A DNA stretch of 64,000 nt from Elsinoe ampelina (lineage: Eukaryota), in the NCBI GenBank assembly GCA_010093995.1, contig ML992506.1, forward strand, positions 430,832 through 494,831, given 5' to 3'. Positions 50,814 through 62,950 of this stretch are shown piece after piece (positions within the stretch are counted from its first letter, which is position 1; each line of letters begins with the position of its first letter). The notes beneath the pieces were generated by a model, which saw nothing but the letters and a program-made list of their open reading frames with translations, was not told the origin of the DNA and did not search any database. Position numbers and translations under genes: made by a program.

Positions 50814-51154
50814 TGGCTTTACCATTGGTATGCAGAAATGACCAAATATTGAATTGATTAACCACCATCACTACCGTAATCCACTCGGTTGCGATTTCCC
50901 GTTCCCCCTGCTCAACTCCGATTCCGTATCTTGAACGGTTGAAAATTTCCTATTTCGAACTAAAACTCCGAACGAACCCCCTCAACACACCCATGTAGGG
51001 CGCGCGGTGATTCGACCGCCCTTATCTCTCGTCACCGCTCGTGTCATCAACAATGAGCACATTAGCACCTGTCATAACCCTCCATTGTGTCATATAAGTG
51101 TATCTACATGAGTCTCCTTTCCTCTACCTCCCACCATCCGCCCACAACCACACC

Positions 51155-52655
51155 ATGGCCCGCCTCCCCCCTCTCACCCCCATGCGGGCTGCCATCCTGC
51201 ACCACCCCACCTCCCCCACCGACGAAGAAATCGACCTCGACCTGTCCCCGACCACCCCGACCACCCCCAACACCAACCCCTTCGCATCCGGCGCCCAGAC
51301 TCCCACGGGCCACGACCCCACCCTCCCAGCACACTTCTCCCTCCCCCCGGCCGACGGCGGCAAAGACGCCTGGCTCGTCCTCCTAGCCTGCTTCATCCTC
51401 GAAGCGCTAGTCTGGGGCTTCCCCTTCGCCTACCCCGTCTTCAACGACTACTACCACACCCAGCCCCAGTTCGCGGGGCAGACGTCGGCCATCGCGGCCA
51501 TCGGCACGACGCAGACGGGCATCATGTACTTTGGGGCGCCGGTGGTGTACGGCGTGTTGCGCAGGTGGCCGAGGTTGAGGAAGCCGGCTTGCGTCGCGGG
51601 GTTTGTGGTGTTGGAGGCGGGGCTCGTGGCGGCGAGTTTTGCACAGACGATACCGGGATTGTTGGGGACGCAGGGGGTGTTGTTTGCTGTTGGGGGGTGT
51701 GTGCATTATTTGTGAGTTGGGAAGTTTTTTTTTCTCTTATTTGGTTCCCGGGTTGGTGGTGGTGGGATGTGAAGCTGACCGAGTGTGTAGCCCTGCTTTC
51801 CTCTACCTTGATGAGTGGTTCTTCGCTCGCAAGGGGCTCGCGTATGGTGTCGTCTGGGCTGGGACTGGTGTCGCGGGTGTTGCGCTACCGCTGACGTTGC
51901 AGTGGATTCTGCGTACCTGGGGCCATCAGACGGCGTTACGGACGTGGGCTGTTGTTTCCCTCATCCTGACTCCGCCGGCTGTCTTCTGTCTCAAAGGACG
52001 TTTGCCGGTGCAACACGCCCCGAGGGGACCGCAGAGGGTAGAGACTGGGTTTCTGAAAAGTAGAGCGTTCTGGATCTTGCAGATGGGTAATGTCGTGCAG
52101 GGACTTGGCTATTTCATGCCGACCCTGTATATGCCTTCGTTCGCGCGCGCTGTAGGACTCGGAGAGATCCAAGGGACTGCAGCTGTGAGTTTGACCAACG
52201 CGAGCACGGTGATTGGGACGATTGTGGCCGGGTGGTTGACTGATCGGTATCATGTTACCACGGCGGTCAACTTCTGTGCTGTGGGGACCGTGGTGGCGGT
52301 ATTTTTGTTCTGGAGCTTCGCAGTGTATACACCGGTGCTGTATATCTTTGCGATCTTGTATGGCATCTTTGCTGGAGGCTTCGCGGCGACCTGGTCAGGC
52401 GTGGCTACAGTCATGAGAGGGAGGTGGCCTGCGACGGAGACCGGGATGATTATTGCCCTGTTCGCGGCAGGAAAGGGCGTGGGGAGTGTTATTAGTGGAC
52501 CGTTGAGTGGTGCCATTGTGGATGCGAGATGGTTCGCGAGTGGGAGAGACTGGGCTTGGGGAAGTGGATATGGCGGGCTGATCATGTTCTCCGGCGTTAC
52601 TGCTGCCGTGACAGGAACTGGATGGTGTGCGAAGAAAGTTGGATGGGTGCCCTGA
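51155..52655 (+). CDS. MFS monocarboxylate-transporter-like protein
   Basis: LPPADGGKDAW..EALVWGF, intron 51712-51790, then YLDEWF..RKGLAYG, GLGYFMP and GWLTDR. Confidence 0.9.
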
Positions 52656-52764
52656 GTAGTCGAAGAATATTCATACAATCTCTAGAATGATAATCCTTTT
52701 AGTCGTTTAAAGCGTCGTAATAGGTTACCAAATCTTCATTTCGACGTGTAGCGGAGCCGTAACA

Positions 52765-53544
52765 TCAAAAGCAGAGTACTCCGTGATACTCTGCTCTGCC
52801 ACCTGAACCCTTCAATTGCTCCCATTGTACCAGCACTCGATCAGCCACCCAGCATAGCAGTCGTCCGCTCAAGCTCATCTTCTTGACTCGCGCCCAGGAC
52901 TCGACGTACACAGTTCGCATCTTGCCACGGGAATGAGCTCCTCTGTAGTCGAAGAACCGTAGAAGGACGGATGTGAAGATCAGTACTGTTGCAGTGGCGG
53001 GTCCATTGGTCAGGATTATGTCTGGATAGTCGACTCCAGCTGGTGTATTCAGGAGTAGCTGCAAGCAGGCCCAGGCGCACTGCAGGCAGGAAATTGGACT
53101 GGTCAGAAGAGGTTGATGGATCTTTCGTGCTCGCGGGACTTGGACGATACGGTAGGACTCAGGATCATTCGAAGCATGCGATGAACGCTTCTTGGAAGCA
53201 TTGCTCTCGAATTCCTGTGCTCGAAGACTCGAGAAGTTGTCACCGGCTCCGACGATCCAGGTCCGGAAGGTGAAGTTTGACCAGTCCAAGTTCCCACTAC
53301 CTTCATCTTTGTTGATTCGCGCAGACTCAGTAGTTGGTCCATAGACGGCTTTCTCCAACATGTAGATCATCTCTGCCGTGTGGCCCCCTGATCCAAGGAC
53401 AACTAGAAGATGGCTCTTTGCACCACGTTTCCTCGGCAATGGCCGTGCTCGAAATCGTGGCAGAACATAGAGTAAGCGAAGCCAGATAGCGGACAGTAGT
53501 AGTGCAATCAGTGAGATCGCGATCTTGATCAGGACTGCTGCCAT
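52765..53544 (-). CDS. ALG14: UDP-GlcNAc transferase subunit Alg14
   Basis: N-terminal TM, VLGSGGHTAEM, PRARKIHQ, NGPATA and YVESWARV..LSGRLL..VQW. Confidence 0.92.
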   Translation of the reverse strand: MAAVLIKIAISLIALLLSAIWLRLLYVLPRFRARPLPRKRGAKSHLLVVLGSGGHTAEMIYMLEKAVYGPTTESARINKDEGSGNLDWSNFTFRTWIVGAGDNFSSLRAQEFESNASKKRSSHASNDPESYRIVQVPRARKIHQPLLTSPISCLQCAWACLQLLLNTPAGVDYPDIILTNGPATATVLIFTSVLLRFFDYRGAHSRGKMRTVYVESWARVKKMSLSGRLLCWVADRVLVQWEQLKGSGGRAEYHGVLCF

Positions 53545-53833
53545 GTCTGCAGACGTCGGAGTGGACTCCAAAGGGAACACACAATGTAGGAAGAAGAAAT
53601 CTTGAAACCCGATGCACAATCCCCTCTTTCAACCACCCCTCGAACCACCTCTCACCACGAAGATGACATGTTCGATGCGCTGAGTGACAGGAGGAAAGAA
53701 GCGAGTGGGTGTAGTACAAGCACGTGATTGAGTTTCGGGAGATCGACGACTTCGCAGAGCCGCATGCTTGGCAGATTTGGACATTTTCTAGAGCTTCCAC
53801 CCCGAACCGTACCATCTTCACCCTTAAGCAACT

Positions 53834-54942
53834 ATGCAGGCGCCGCTGCAGCGTATCACTGGTCGAGTGATCAGAGCGACAAGCAATGCTTCCAAGAAGC
53901 GAAAGAAGGCGGAGCTGGAGAAATACAAGGATGAGAGGTTCTCGTACAGGGTATCCCGAGATGCGCGAGACCAGGAGATAAAATCACAATACCGGATGGA
54001 AAGGCAATTTCGAAAGGCCGACTGGGAGTATGGTACGAGGCTTCTCCCTCGAAGAGATATCGGGATCAAGCGAACTACATTCGGCACTGTCGACAGGAAT
54101 TTGGATGCCAATCCAGTAGTACCAGAAAAATGGAGGAAGCCAACATTTGTGGCCGCAGGAGATCGTGTTGTCGTCCTCAAAGGCGTGGACAGGGGCAAGA
54201 TTGGAAAGGTGCGCGAGGTCCATGAGGATCGACAGGAGATAGATCTGGAGGATCTGAATCAGGTGGGTCTGGACAGATGCTATCTATCATATCTCTTGCT
54301 AACCAACGTGTGCAGTACAACTTCACAGTCCCAGACTTTGTCGCTGAGGGGGATCAACAAGAGTACCTTCCGACGGTGTACGGCCCACGACCGGTAAAAT
54401 TCGAAGACATCAAGCTGGTCACCCGCGTCAAAGATCGATCTGGACTGGTACGAGATGTGGTGGTAAAAGAGTTCGAAATTCGAAAATCTTGGCATCGAGG
54501 CGCAGACGTGCGAGGTCAGAGATGGATACCTGGTCTGGAAAAGAGGATTCGGTGGCCGGAACAGGAGAAGGAGCCTGAAGATGTTCAGGACACCGATTCG
54601 GACACGTTCCGTCTCACCGTGGACGAGCCGACTTTCACACCTACTTTGCAGAGACCACCTATGCCTCCTTCAGTGATTGACGAGCTGCGAGGCAAATACA
54701 GCAAGTTCAGGACTCGACATGAACCGGAGTGGCTGGCCCAGAAGCAGGATGAGGCAACAGCTGTCCAGGGACGAAAGCAAAGATTAGAAGCATTGGGCAT
54801 GACACCAATGCAAAAGGCATCTGCACAGCACAAAGCCTCCAAGTCAACGGCGAAGGCATTGTCGGACGAGCGATTGGCGTCTCTTGGGGAAGCGATATTA
54901 AAGGCACGGAGAAGTGGTCGGACGACCGCGACAACATCGTGA
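53834..54942 (+). CDS. MRPL40: Mitochondrial large-subunit ribosomal protein uL24m (KOW motif)
   Basis: DWEYG..LPRRD, KOW motif GDRVVVLKGVDRGKIGKV, intron 54263-54315, and PTLQRPPMPPSVIDELRGKYSKFRTRHE. Confidence 0.82.
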
Positions 54943-55238
54943 TGATGGTCACAAATCTTCTCGACCGACCAAATATTTCCGTCCATGGACTGGACATAGG
55001 GAACAATTAGCGATGTCGAGTGTACAAAATTCATGTATAAAAATGACCAGACCCACCCAGCTTTTGTTCTGGAACCTTTTTTCCTCCACCGCCACATCCA
55101 CCCACCCAAACTATAGCTTGACCTAATGCACAAGCTAGACCATTAGTATTGATATCACTCATCTGTATTTATATCGTAGCTAAGTACCATCTCTCTTTCG
55201 CATCTGCGTTTCTCTCATCAAAGCATTCCTACCACAAC

Positions 55239-56133
55239 ATGTCCTTCCTCGCTCTCGAAGGCCTCCACGCCTTCGTCACCGGCGCCGCAGGAGGCATCGG
55301 CTCAGAAATCGTGCGCGAACTCCTATGTAAGGTATCCCCCTTGCCCTCCTCCTCACAGCACCTGACCCTCCCGAGGCAATGGCTGCAAAGTCACCGCCCA
55401 CGACCTCCGCCCCATCACCTGCCTCCCGCCCTCCCCCAACCTCCACCTCGTCTCAGGCGACATCTCTTCCGAACCCTCCATCACCTTCTGCATCGCCTCA
55501 GCCTACACCCACTTCGGCCCCATCTCCCTCCTCGCCGCCAACGCCGGCATCACCAACGAGCAATCCCACCCCAACATCTGGGAAATGCCCGTCGAGACAT
55601 GGGACAACGTCTACCGCGTGAACGTACGCGGGACGTTCCTCACGATCAAACACTTCTTGCTTTGCGCGAAGGAGCACCAAGACCGCACCGGCGAGCTTGT
55701 GCGGAATCTCAGCATCGTCGTCACGGGATCCGAGTGTGGTGTTTTCGGGCAGGCGGGGCACAGCGAGTACGCGTCTGGTAAGGCGGGGTTGCAGTATGGG
55801 TTGGTGTTGACGGTGAAGAACGAGATTGTGAGGCTGAATCCGAGGGGGAGGATTAATGCTGTGGCGCCGGGGTGGGTGGATACGGAGTTGATTGGGGATC
55901 GCTTGGATGATGAGAGGGAGTTGTATATGGAGAGTCAGGGGACGGTGCCGTTGAGGAAGATTGCGAGGCCGGAGGATGTGGCGAGGATGGTGGCGTTTTT
56001 GAGCAGTGAGAGGGCGGCCGGGCATGTGAGTGGGCAGTGTGTGAGTGTGGATGGGGGGATGGAGGGGAGGATTGTGTGGAGGGAGGAGGAGGTGATGGGG
56101 AGGGTGGATAAGGGGGGGAATGTGAGGGGGTGA
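55239..56133 (+). CDS. Short-chain dehydrogenase/reductase
   Basis: VTGAAGGIG, ANAGI, VNVRGTF, YASGK (YxxxK) and INAVAPGWVDT. Probable intron 55327-55375. Confidence 0.9.
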
Positions 56134-56462
56134 GGGTTGGGATGGTCATGTACATGTTCAACTTCACGATGTGTTCGTATGATGTGTGTATCAGAGCTTA
56201 TTATGATCTGTACTGAGCATCATTCACTGTCACGTGACAGAAGTGGCGATCTTGTACTGTTCAGGCAACTCCGAACTCCATCCTCTTCCCCTCACCATAT
56301 CTCGTGCCACCACTCCGCCTCGTAATCCCACACCAAACATGTAACCAGCTGGTAGTATCTTCTCCCATGCCTCTTTCCCAGACTCCTTACCACTCCTAAT
56401 CCCCAAATCCCGAAGTCCTCCTGCTTCAGTGCATCATCACCACCCATCCATCCACAACCACA

Positions 56463-57506
56463 ATGCCCCCCCTCCCCCGCCTCCTCCTCACCGGCCCCCC
56501 CTACACCCTCGGCCACCAACACGGCACCTCCCTCCGCCCCGCCATCCACCGCACCATCGCCTTCTACTCCACCCTCTTCCTCTCCACCACCCAAAAAACC
56601 TGGCCGGAGATCCTCTCCCTCGCCTCCCTCTTCCTCCCCTTCATAAAATCCCACCTCCCCTCCCTCCTCACCGAAATGCAAGGTCTCGCCGACGGCGCCC
56701 AGCGTGACCTCCTCGAGATCATCGCCATTAACGTCCGGACCGAGATCAATTTCGGGCTGTTCAGTGATGGGTGTACGGCTGTGGGGTGGACGGAGGGGGG
56801 GCAGGGAGAGGGAGGGAGTATCCTCGCGCAGAATTGGGATTGGATGGAGGAGCAGAAGGAGAATCTCGTTTTGCTGGATGTGAGGGGCGAGGGGAAGGTG
56901 AGGTTTCAGATGGTGACGGAGGCCGGGTTGGTGGGGAAGATAGGGATGAATGAGAAGGGGGTGGGGGTGTGTTTGAATGCGATTAGGAGGAAGGGCATGG
57001 ATGTGGGCAAGTTGCCGTGTCATTTGGCTTTGAGGGTGGTGTTGGAGTGTGAGAGTCGGGAGGAGGCGGTGGGGAGGCTAGAGAGTTGGGGGGTAGCAAG
57101 TGCGTGTCATATGCTGGTTGGGGATGGGGAGGGGATGGTGGGATTGGAGTGGAGTAGCGAGATGGGGAGGAGGATAGAGATGGATGGGAAGGGGAGGGTG
57201 TTTCATAGTAATCATTACTTGCATGATGATATGAAGGAGGGAGATACGATGTGGTTGAAGGACAGCGGGTTTAGGGTGAAGAGAATCGAGGAGCTTTGTG
57301 ATAAGCTCGAGGCGCCGACATTGGAAGGTGTGCAGGGGCTGTTCACAGACGAGGAGAACTATCCGGCGGCCATCTGTAGAAAGCAGGAAGGAGACGTGAC
57401 GTCTGCTACGCTTTTCAACATAGTAATGGACCTGGAAGCGAAAAAGGCGAAGATACTCTTAGGAAGACCAGTGGCGCCAGAGGATGAGGTTGAAATCAGT
57501 TTCTGA
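56463..57506 (+). CDS. Peptidase C45 / acyl-CoA:6-aminopenicillanate acyltransferase-like Ntn hydrolase
   Basis: INVRTEI..DG|CT autocleavage site, AQNWDW, TEAGLVGKIGMN and HSNHY. Confidence 0.9.
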   Translation: MPPLPRLLLTGPPYTLGHQHGTSLRPAIHRTIAFYSTLFLSTTQKTWPEILSLASLFLPFIKSHLPSLLTEMQGLADGAQRDLLEIIAINVRTEINFGLFSDGCTAVGWTEGGQGEGGSILAQNWDWMEEQKENLVLLDVRGEGKVRFQMVTEAGLVGKIGMNEKGVGVCLNAIRRKGMDVGKLPCHLALRVVLECESREEAVGRLESWGVASACHMLVGDGEGMVGLEWSSEMGRRIEMDGKGRVFHSNHYLHDDMKEGDTMWLKDSGFRVKRIEELCDKLEAPTLEGVQGLFTDEENYPAAICRKQEGDVTSATLFNIVMDLEAKKAKILLGRPVAPEDEVEISF

Positions 57507-57619
57507 TGTTGTAAATAGCGAGGATGTAATGATATGCTGTAACATGCTGCTCCTCTTGTTCTTCATGGTTCCCAGCAACACTGCACCTTTATCATGGCTT
57601 ACTCAAGTAACGTAGCTTG

Positions 57620-58494
57620 CTAAGCCAGGTCCGAGAGTGCATCGCTGATTTTTTTGTCGAACTCATCCCTGACATTGATCTCATACTCCTCCTGAGCCTT
57701 GATCGCCGCAATTCCCGCGGTAGACAGATTGCTGACTTCCTTCCGGAGCTTGTTGGTCTGACGCAGCTGGGCAGATACCAGTGTTGTTGACGACTCAGCA
57801 TCTTCATCCGCTTCTTCTCCGATGCCTTGTAGTATGTCTTTGTGGAGGTCCGCGATCTCGGCATTGACTTGTGCGTATGCTTTGGTGAGCTTTTCGAGAT
57901 GTGCTCGCCTAGCAGGCACCGAGGCTTGTAGCTTAGACATGAGCTTGCCTAATATGTAAATTCCCTTTTCTCCTGTGCTATGGTTTACGACGAGCTCGAC
58001 TCGAGAATCCTGGAGCCCGGCTGTAAATTTAGCGATCTGATCCTGTATGGCGGAGCAATGCTCGTAAGCCTTGATGTGAGTGCCGTTGTCTGTCTCGATC
58101 GAGTCATCGTCGAGCTGTTCCAGCAAACCCGACAGTACTTTATCCAAGGACGAAGAGGACTTTTCAGCAACGACATGGAGATAGTTGCCAGTGACCTCTG
58201 TCGAACGTCAGTAAGGATCTGCTGCGATGGAATAAGTCTCTGCTCGCCTTTCAATTGCTCGAGACGTGGGTGCGGCGGCTGGCGAGGCTTCTTATGCTCG
58301 GCGACATGTCTCCTCTTGCTTCTCGAGGTTTCGATAGTCGTGGGAGCTGGTCTTTTGGTTTGTTTGGATGGTGTCTGATATGATTGCGCAGGTCTCGTCG
58401 TCTTCAAGACCTCAGGAGTCACCTTGGACTTCATGAAGTGAGCGAAATTGAGCTTTGAAGGTCGAGCGGACGTGAGTGGCTGTTGAGGTGCCAT
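57620..58494 (-). CDS. Hypothetical protein with C-terminal coiled coil (two exons)
   Basis: Two overlapping ORFs in different frames are reconciled by one phase-1 intron ending at CTGAC..CAG (58198). The donor is ambiguous (GC at 58247 or GT at 58265). Confidence 0.55.
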
Positions 58495-58774
58495 TATGAT
58501 CGCCTTTGTAAAGTGGCAGTATGGGAAAGTGTGGTAAAGTGTGGTGTAGGTGGTGTGAGGTGGTGAAGTCAAAGGTGAATCTTTCGTAAGTGAAAGAAAG
58601 CTGCAATCCCAACAAGTCGAATACCGCCAAAACTCGCGTGGAAGGAACTATGCTCTCCTTAAGAAGGAGACAAGTTGCTGCAGTCAGATTTCATGACAAA
58701 CACAACATCAGATTGCAATTCTTCCTCGATCGGTCCTTAGGACGACTGGTGGTACAACATTCATTGCCATCCTC

Positions 58775-59339
58775 TTATGAACTCGACTCGCCGCCCTCTG
58801 CTGGCACTAACACTTCCTTCTCCTCGAATAGCTTTGCAAGTGACCCATCCTGGTGCATCGACATCAAGATGTCCGTTCCTCCGACAAACTCCTTATCGAG
58901 GTAGAGTTGGGGTATCGTGGGCCACTCTGAGAACTCTTTGATTCCTGCGCACGCGTCAGCTATGCCCCATTTTCGATTTGACGTTCCGTTCTCACCGGCT
59001 CGTAGCTCCTCGTCCTCCAGTACGTTGAAAGCAGAGAATTTCTGCGGATCCACGCCCTGAAGTCCCAAGATCTGAATAGCTGCCCTGCTGAAACCACACT
59101 GCGGAGCTTCCGGCACGCCCTTCATGAATAGTACAACCGGAGATGATGCTACGGCTCTCTCGATGGCCTTGCGAGTAGAATCGGACAGGAGTCGCTGCTG
59201 TAGAGTGTTGAAGCGGGTGGAAAGTAGAGGATTGTATCTCGGTCGGAGCGCAGAGCGGAAGACCTGTGAACATCAGCATTCGCATCTCGAGCGGTCTATC
59301 AGTATCTCCTACCACTCCAGTAAGTGTTCGCGACGCCAT
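58775..59339 (-). CDS. GRX5: Mitochondrial monothiol glutaredoxin (CGFS)
   Basis: Presequence, then VVLFMKG..PQCGFSR, GIKEFSEWPTIPQLY and FVGGTDI. Introns 59312-59264 and 58995-58945. Confidence 0.95.
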
Positions 59340-59538
59340 ATTTAGTGTTCCTCACTTGTGTCGAGATGTTTGTAATCAGAGAAAGAAGCACCTCCGAAAT
59401 CTTTGAGCTTCACTCCGCAAAAGCTTCCATCGAAATGACGCAACCATCAACATTTCCAATCACCCGTATCACAACACAAGGTAGCATTGCTCACCTCACT
59501 TCTCCACTTCGCTTCCCATTTTTCTCTCCTCAGTCCTC

Positions 59539-60420
59539 ATGCCCTTCCAACACGCGAACCACCTGCCCCCCCACCCTCTCCCTCCTTCACCCTCCCCTGC
59601 CCCCCCCTCTCCCACACCTCCCTCCAACCCCCCACAACCCCCCCCTCCCTTCCGCGCCTCCTCCCACACCTCCCCCCACCCTCACCTCCTCCTCGCCTCC
59701 ACCGGTTCAGTAGCAACAATCAAACTCCCCCTCATCCTACACGCCCTCGCCCCCTACCACCTCTCCATCCGCCTCCTCCTCACCCCCTCCTCCCTCACCT
59801 TCCTGCAATCCCAACCCCCCCAACAACCCCCCCTCCCCTCCCTCCTCTCCTACCCAAACGTAGACGGCATCCACCTCGACGCCGAAGAATGGTCCCCGCC
59901 CTGGACCCGCGGTGCGCCCATCCTGCACATCGAGCTGCGCCGCTGGGCCGACGCTATGCTCGTCGCGCCCTTGTCAGCGAATACCATGGCGAAAATGGTC
60001 GCGGGCCAAGCGGATAATCTCGTCACGAGCGTGTTGCGGGCGTGGGACACGGCGGGGGCGATAGATGGGACGGCGGAGGGGAAGGAGCGCACGCGGACGA
60101 AGGGGGGGAAGAAGAGGGTTTGGGTCGCGCCGGCTATGAATACGGCCATGTGGGGGCATCCGGTCACGGGGCGACAGATGGCGGTGTTGAAGGGGGAGTG
60201 GGGAGAAGAAGTAGGCGGGTGGGTGAGGGTTTTGGGGCCCGTGGAGAAGGGGTTGGCGTGTGGGGATGTGGGGGCGGGGGCGATGGTGGAGTGGGGGGAG
60301 ATTGTGAGGGAGGTGGTGGCGGGGTTGGGGTTGGTGAGGAAGGATGAAGGGGGAGGGGAGGTGGTGGATGAGAGACGGGGTGGGAAGGAGGGAGATGTGG
60401 ATGGTGATGGTCAGGGGTGA
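59539..60420 (+). CDS. Phosphopantothenoylcysteine decarboxylase (HFCD flavoprotein, Hal3/Cab3 family)
   Basis: LLLASTGSVATIKLP, ILHIELRRWAD, APLSANTMAK, APAMNTAMW and LACGDVG. Both the catalytic His and Cys motifs are present. Confidence 0.9.
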   Translation: MPFQHANHLPPHPLPPSPSPAPPSPTPPSNPPQPPPPFRASSHTSPHPHLLLASTGSVATIKLPLILHALAPYHLSIRLLLTPSSLTFLQSQPPQQPPLPSLLSYPNVDGIHLDAEEWSPPWTRGAPILHIELRRWADAMLVAPLSANTMAKMVAGQADNLVTSVLRAWDTAGAIDGTAEGKERTRTKGGKKRVWVAPAMNTAMWGHPVTGRQMAVLKGEWGEEVGGWVRVLGPVEKGLACGDVGAGAMVEWGEIVREVVAGLGLVRKDEGGGEVVDERRGGKEGDVDGDGQG

Positions 60421-60514
60421 AGTGTGGATTGTGGTCTATGGACTGGATGAAATTGTGGAATATCACAGATGGACCTCCGCTCTGACGCCAAAGGACTGGA
60501 AAAGTCAAGAGACC

Positions 60515-62512
60515 TTATGCCGGGGCCTTATACGCTGCGTTGTGGCTCGCGATAGCACGACCGCTTGGATCTGTCTGTTTGCTCCAAGTCGGTGTCCATC
60601 TCATCACCGTCTTTGCGCAGTACGGCGGGAAGTGGTCGTCGAACATGCAGCGGTACCAGTATCTGGGATAGTCAGTATGGATTCTCAAGAGAGCAAGGCA
60701 GCGGCACTTACGCCTCCTTGGTGTCCGGGATATCATCACCCCACTCAGGCTTCGGGTTCTTCATGTCCTCATCACTGACCTGCGCCTCTGCGGTATCCTT
60801 GAGCGCATCAATCCAGCCGTACCCAACACCATCCGAGAACTGCTCCTTTTGGCGCCAGAGAATCTCATCCGGCAAATACGGCTCTGCGTCCGGCTCGTCA
60901 CTGGTATCGAAAGCTTTCCGCATAATGTACTTCTCAATCCTGTCCTTTGTGATCATCTTCTCCTGCGGATCAATGTTCATGGCGACGTTCAAAAACTCCT
61001 TGTCCAAGAACGGAACACGGGCTTCGACACCCCATGCGGATGTTGACTTGTTGGCGCGCAAGCAATCGGCGAAGTGCAAGTTCTTGACTCTTCGGACCGT
61101 CTCTTCGTGGAATTCCTTCTTGTTTGGTGCGGCGCCAAAATACAGGTATCCACCGAATATCTCGTCGCTGCCTTCTCCTGACAAGACCATCTTGACGCCC
61201 ATGGCTTTAATCTTGCGGCTGAGGAGGAACATGGGCGTGGAAGCGCGGATCGTGGTGACATCGTAGGACTCGAGGTGGTAGATCACATCGGAAAGCGCGT
61301 CCAGACCTTCTTGGATGGTGAAGGTGAAGTTGTGGTGTTTTGTGCCGAGGAAACGAGCAACCTTGAGCGCGGCCGCACTGTCAGGTGCGCCTGGCAGACC
61401 GATGGAGAACGAGTTGAGTTGTGACAATACCGGGACGCTGTTCAAGCGGTACTCCTCATCGATACCAGCCAGATCCTCCATCTCTTGTGGTGTGTTGTAT
61501 CCGTTTGCCTGCCCACTAAGCTGAGCCGAATGCGCCTTTTGCAGCCTCAATGTCTCCCTCTGCGCAATCGACGCAACCAGACTCGAGTCCAGACCTCCTG
61601 ACAGGAGCACACCATAAGGCACCTCAGCCATCAGCCTCTTTCTCACGGCTCTCTCGAACGACGTCCGGAGCAGCTTGTAGTCGATCGGTGTGGTCGGAAT
61701 GTTGGTTGGCTCCATGAGCCACTTCGGATCGTGATACCGCGTGACCTTGTTGGTCTTTGAGTCGTAGACATGACCGGGAGGGAAGAACTCAATCTGATCG
61801 CACACGGGGAAGAGACACTTGAGCTCGGAAGCAAAGTACACCGCGTCTGGCGTCTCGCTCGACCGTCCCATGTAGAGTGTAGTCACACCAATCGGATCTC
61901 TCGCAGCCACCAGTCTATCCTGCTTCTTGTCGTGGAGCACCCACGAGAACATGCCGTCGAGGTGTCGCGGTGCTTCGATGCCATACTGCTCGTAGAGAGG
62001 AATGATGACTTCACAATCCGAGTGCGTCTTGAACGGGTAGGGTTTGGGGAGCTGTTTCCGGATGACCTTGTGGTTGTAGATTTCTCCGTTGACGGCGAGG
62101 GCGATGGAGCCGTCTTCGTTGAGGATGGGCTGGGCGCCGGTGTCGATACCGACGATACTCAGACGTTCGTGGACGAGGATCGTCTTGTTGGCTGTGTGGT
62201 TCCCTGACCAGTCTTTTGCTTATCAGTGTCTGTGACTCTTCTTTCTGAGGCAGGGTTATACACACCAGGGCCGCGGTGCCGGATGCTGGGAGCATGTCAG
62301 AGGAGAGCAAAAGCAGCCAGAAAGAGGGTACTCACGCCTTGCCCATGCGCAGGGCCGTCGGCTTGAACTTTTGCACATCGGGATGACTGTTGCTAAGTCA
62401 GTGACTTGCTATGGAGGGGCACGTGGTATATGGAGGGGCATTTGCTCTACAGCCTCGAGGGCGAGCAAAAGGGAGAAGACACTCACCAATGGCACGCAAA
62501 TATTCCGCACAT
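60515..62512 (-). CDS. ASN1: Glutamine-hydrolysing asparagine synthetase
   Basis: MCGIF start with three 5' introns (HRGP|DW), [23 protein letters not shown] and [11 protein letters not shown]. Final intron 60711-60663 joins to YWYR..DPSGR. Confidence 0.96.
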
Positions 62513-62606
62513 GTTTGCGAGCTCGTCGAGTAAGTCTAAAGAAACAAGAGACGAGTGTATGTTTCTCAATCGCTGTCCTTGTCACCGGCGAAATTCAAGC
62601 CCTCTC

Positions 62607-62613
62607 TGAGTCA
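62607..62613. promoter_or_regulatory. Gcn4/CpcA (cross-pathway control) element TGAGTCA upstream of asparagine synthetase
   Basis: Exact TGASTCA 95 bp upstream of ATG 62512. Asparagine synthetase is a known general-control target. Confidence 0.6.
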
Positions 62614-62950
62614 ACCAAGGGAACTTTTTGGAGGGTCGTGCCGTTGCTGGCATTGGCTTTTGACGCCGATCTCGGCCCAGCAGGTTGGGACCTTTTGACA
62701 GAGCCGCATTCGTCCGTCTTGCCTCCGCGGCCAAAAAGGACCGGATATTTACTGATGTATGACTAGGTAGCACATGATTGGCAGATGACCGTGTTTCACG
62801 TTCTTCTAATTCAGCCTATGCGAGGCGCTCTGCTACAAAAATTGCTAGTATACAAGACCAAGCTCAGTAATCCTTCCCAAGGAAATTCATAAGGGTATCA
62901 ACCATTCCCTAATACTCAAAAGGAGTGACCAGAAGTATACCAAAATATTA

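Noticed and set aside
55239..57506. Penicillin-type cluster suggested by the C45 acyltransferase-like gene
   Set aside because: No ACV synthetase or isopenicillin N synthase nearby and no PTS1 (ends EISF). The neighbours are mostly housekeeping genes.
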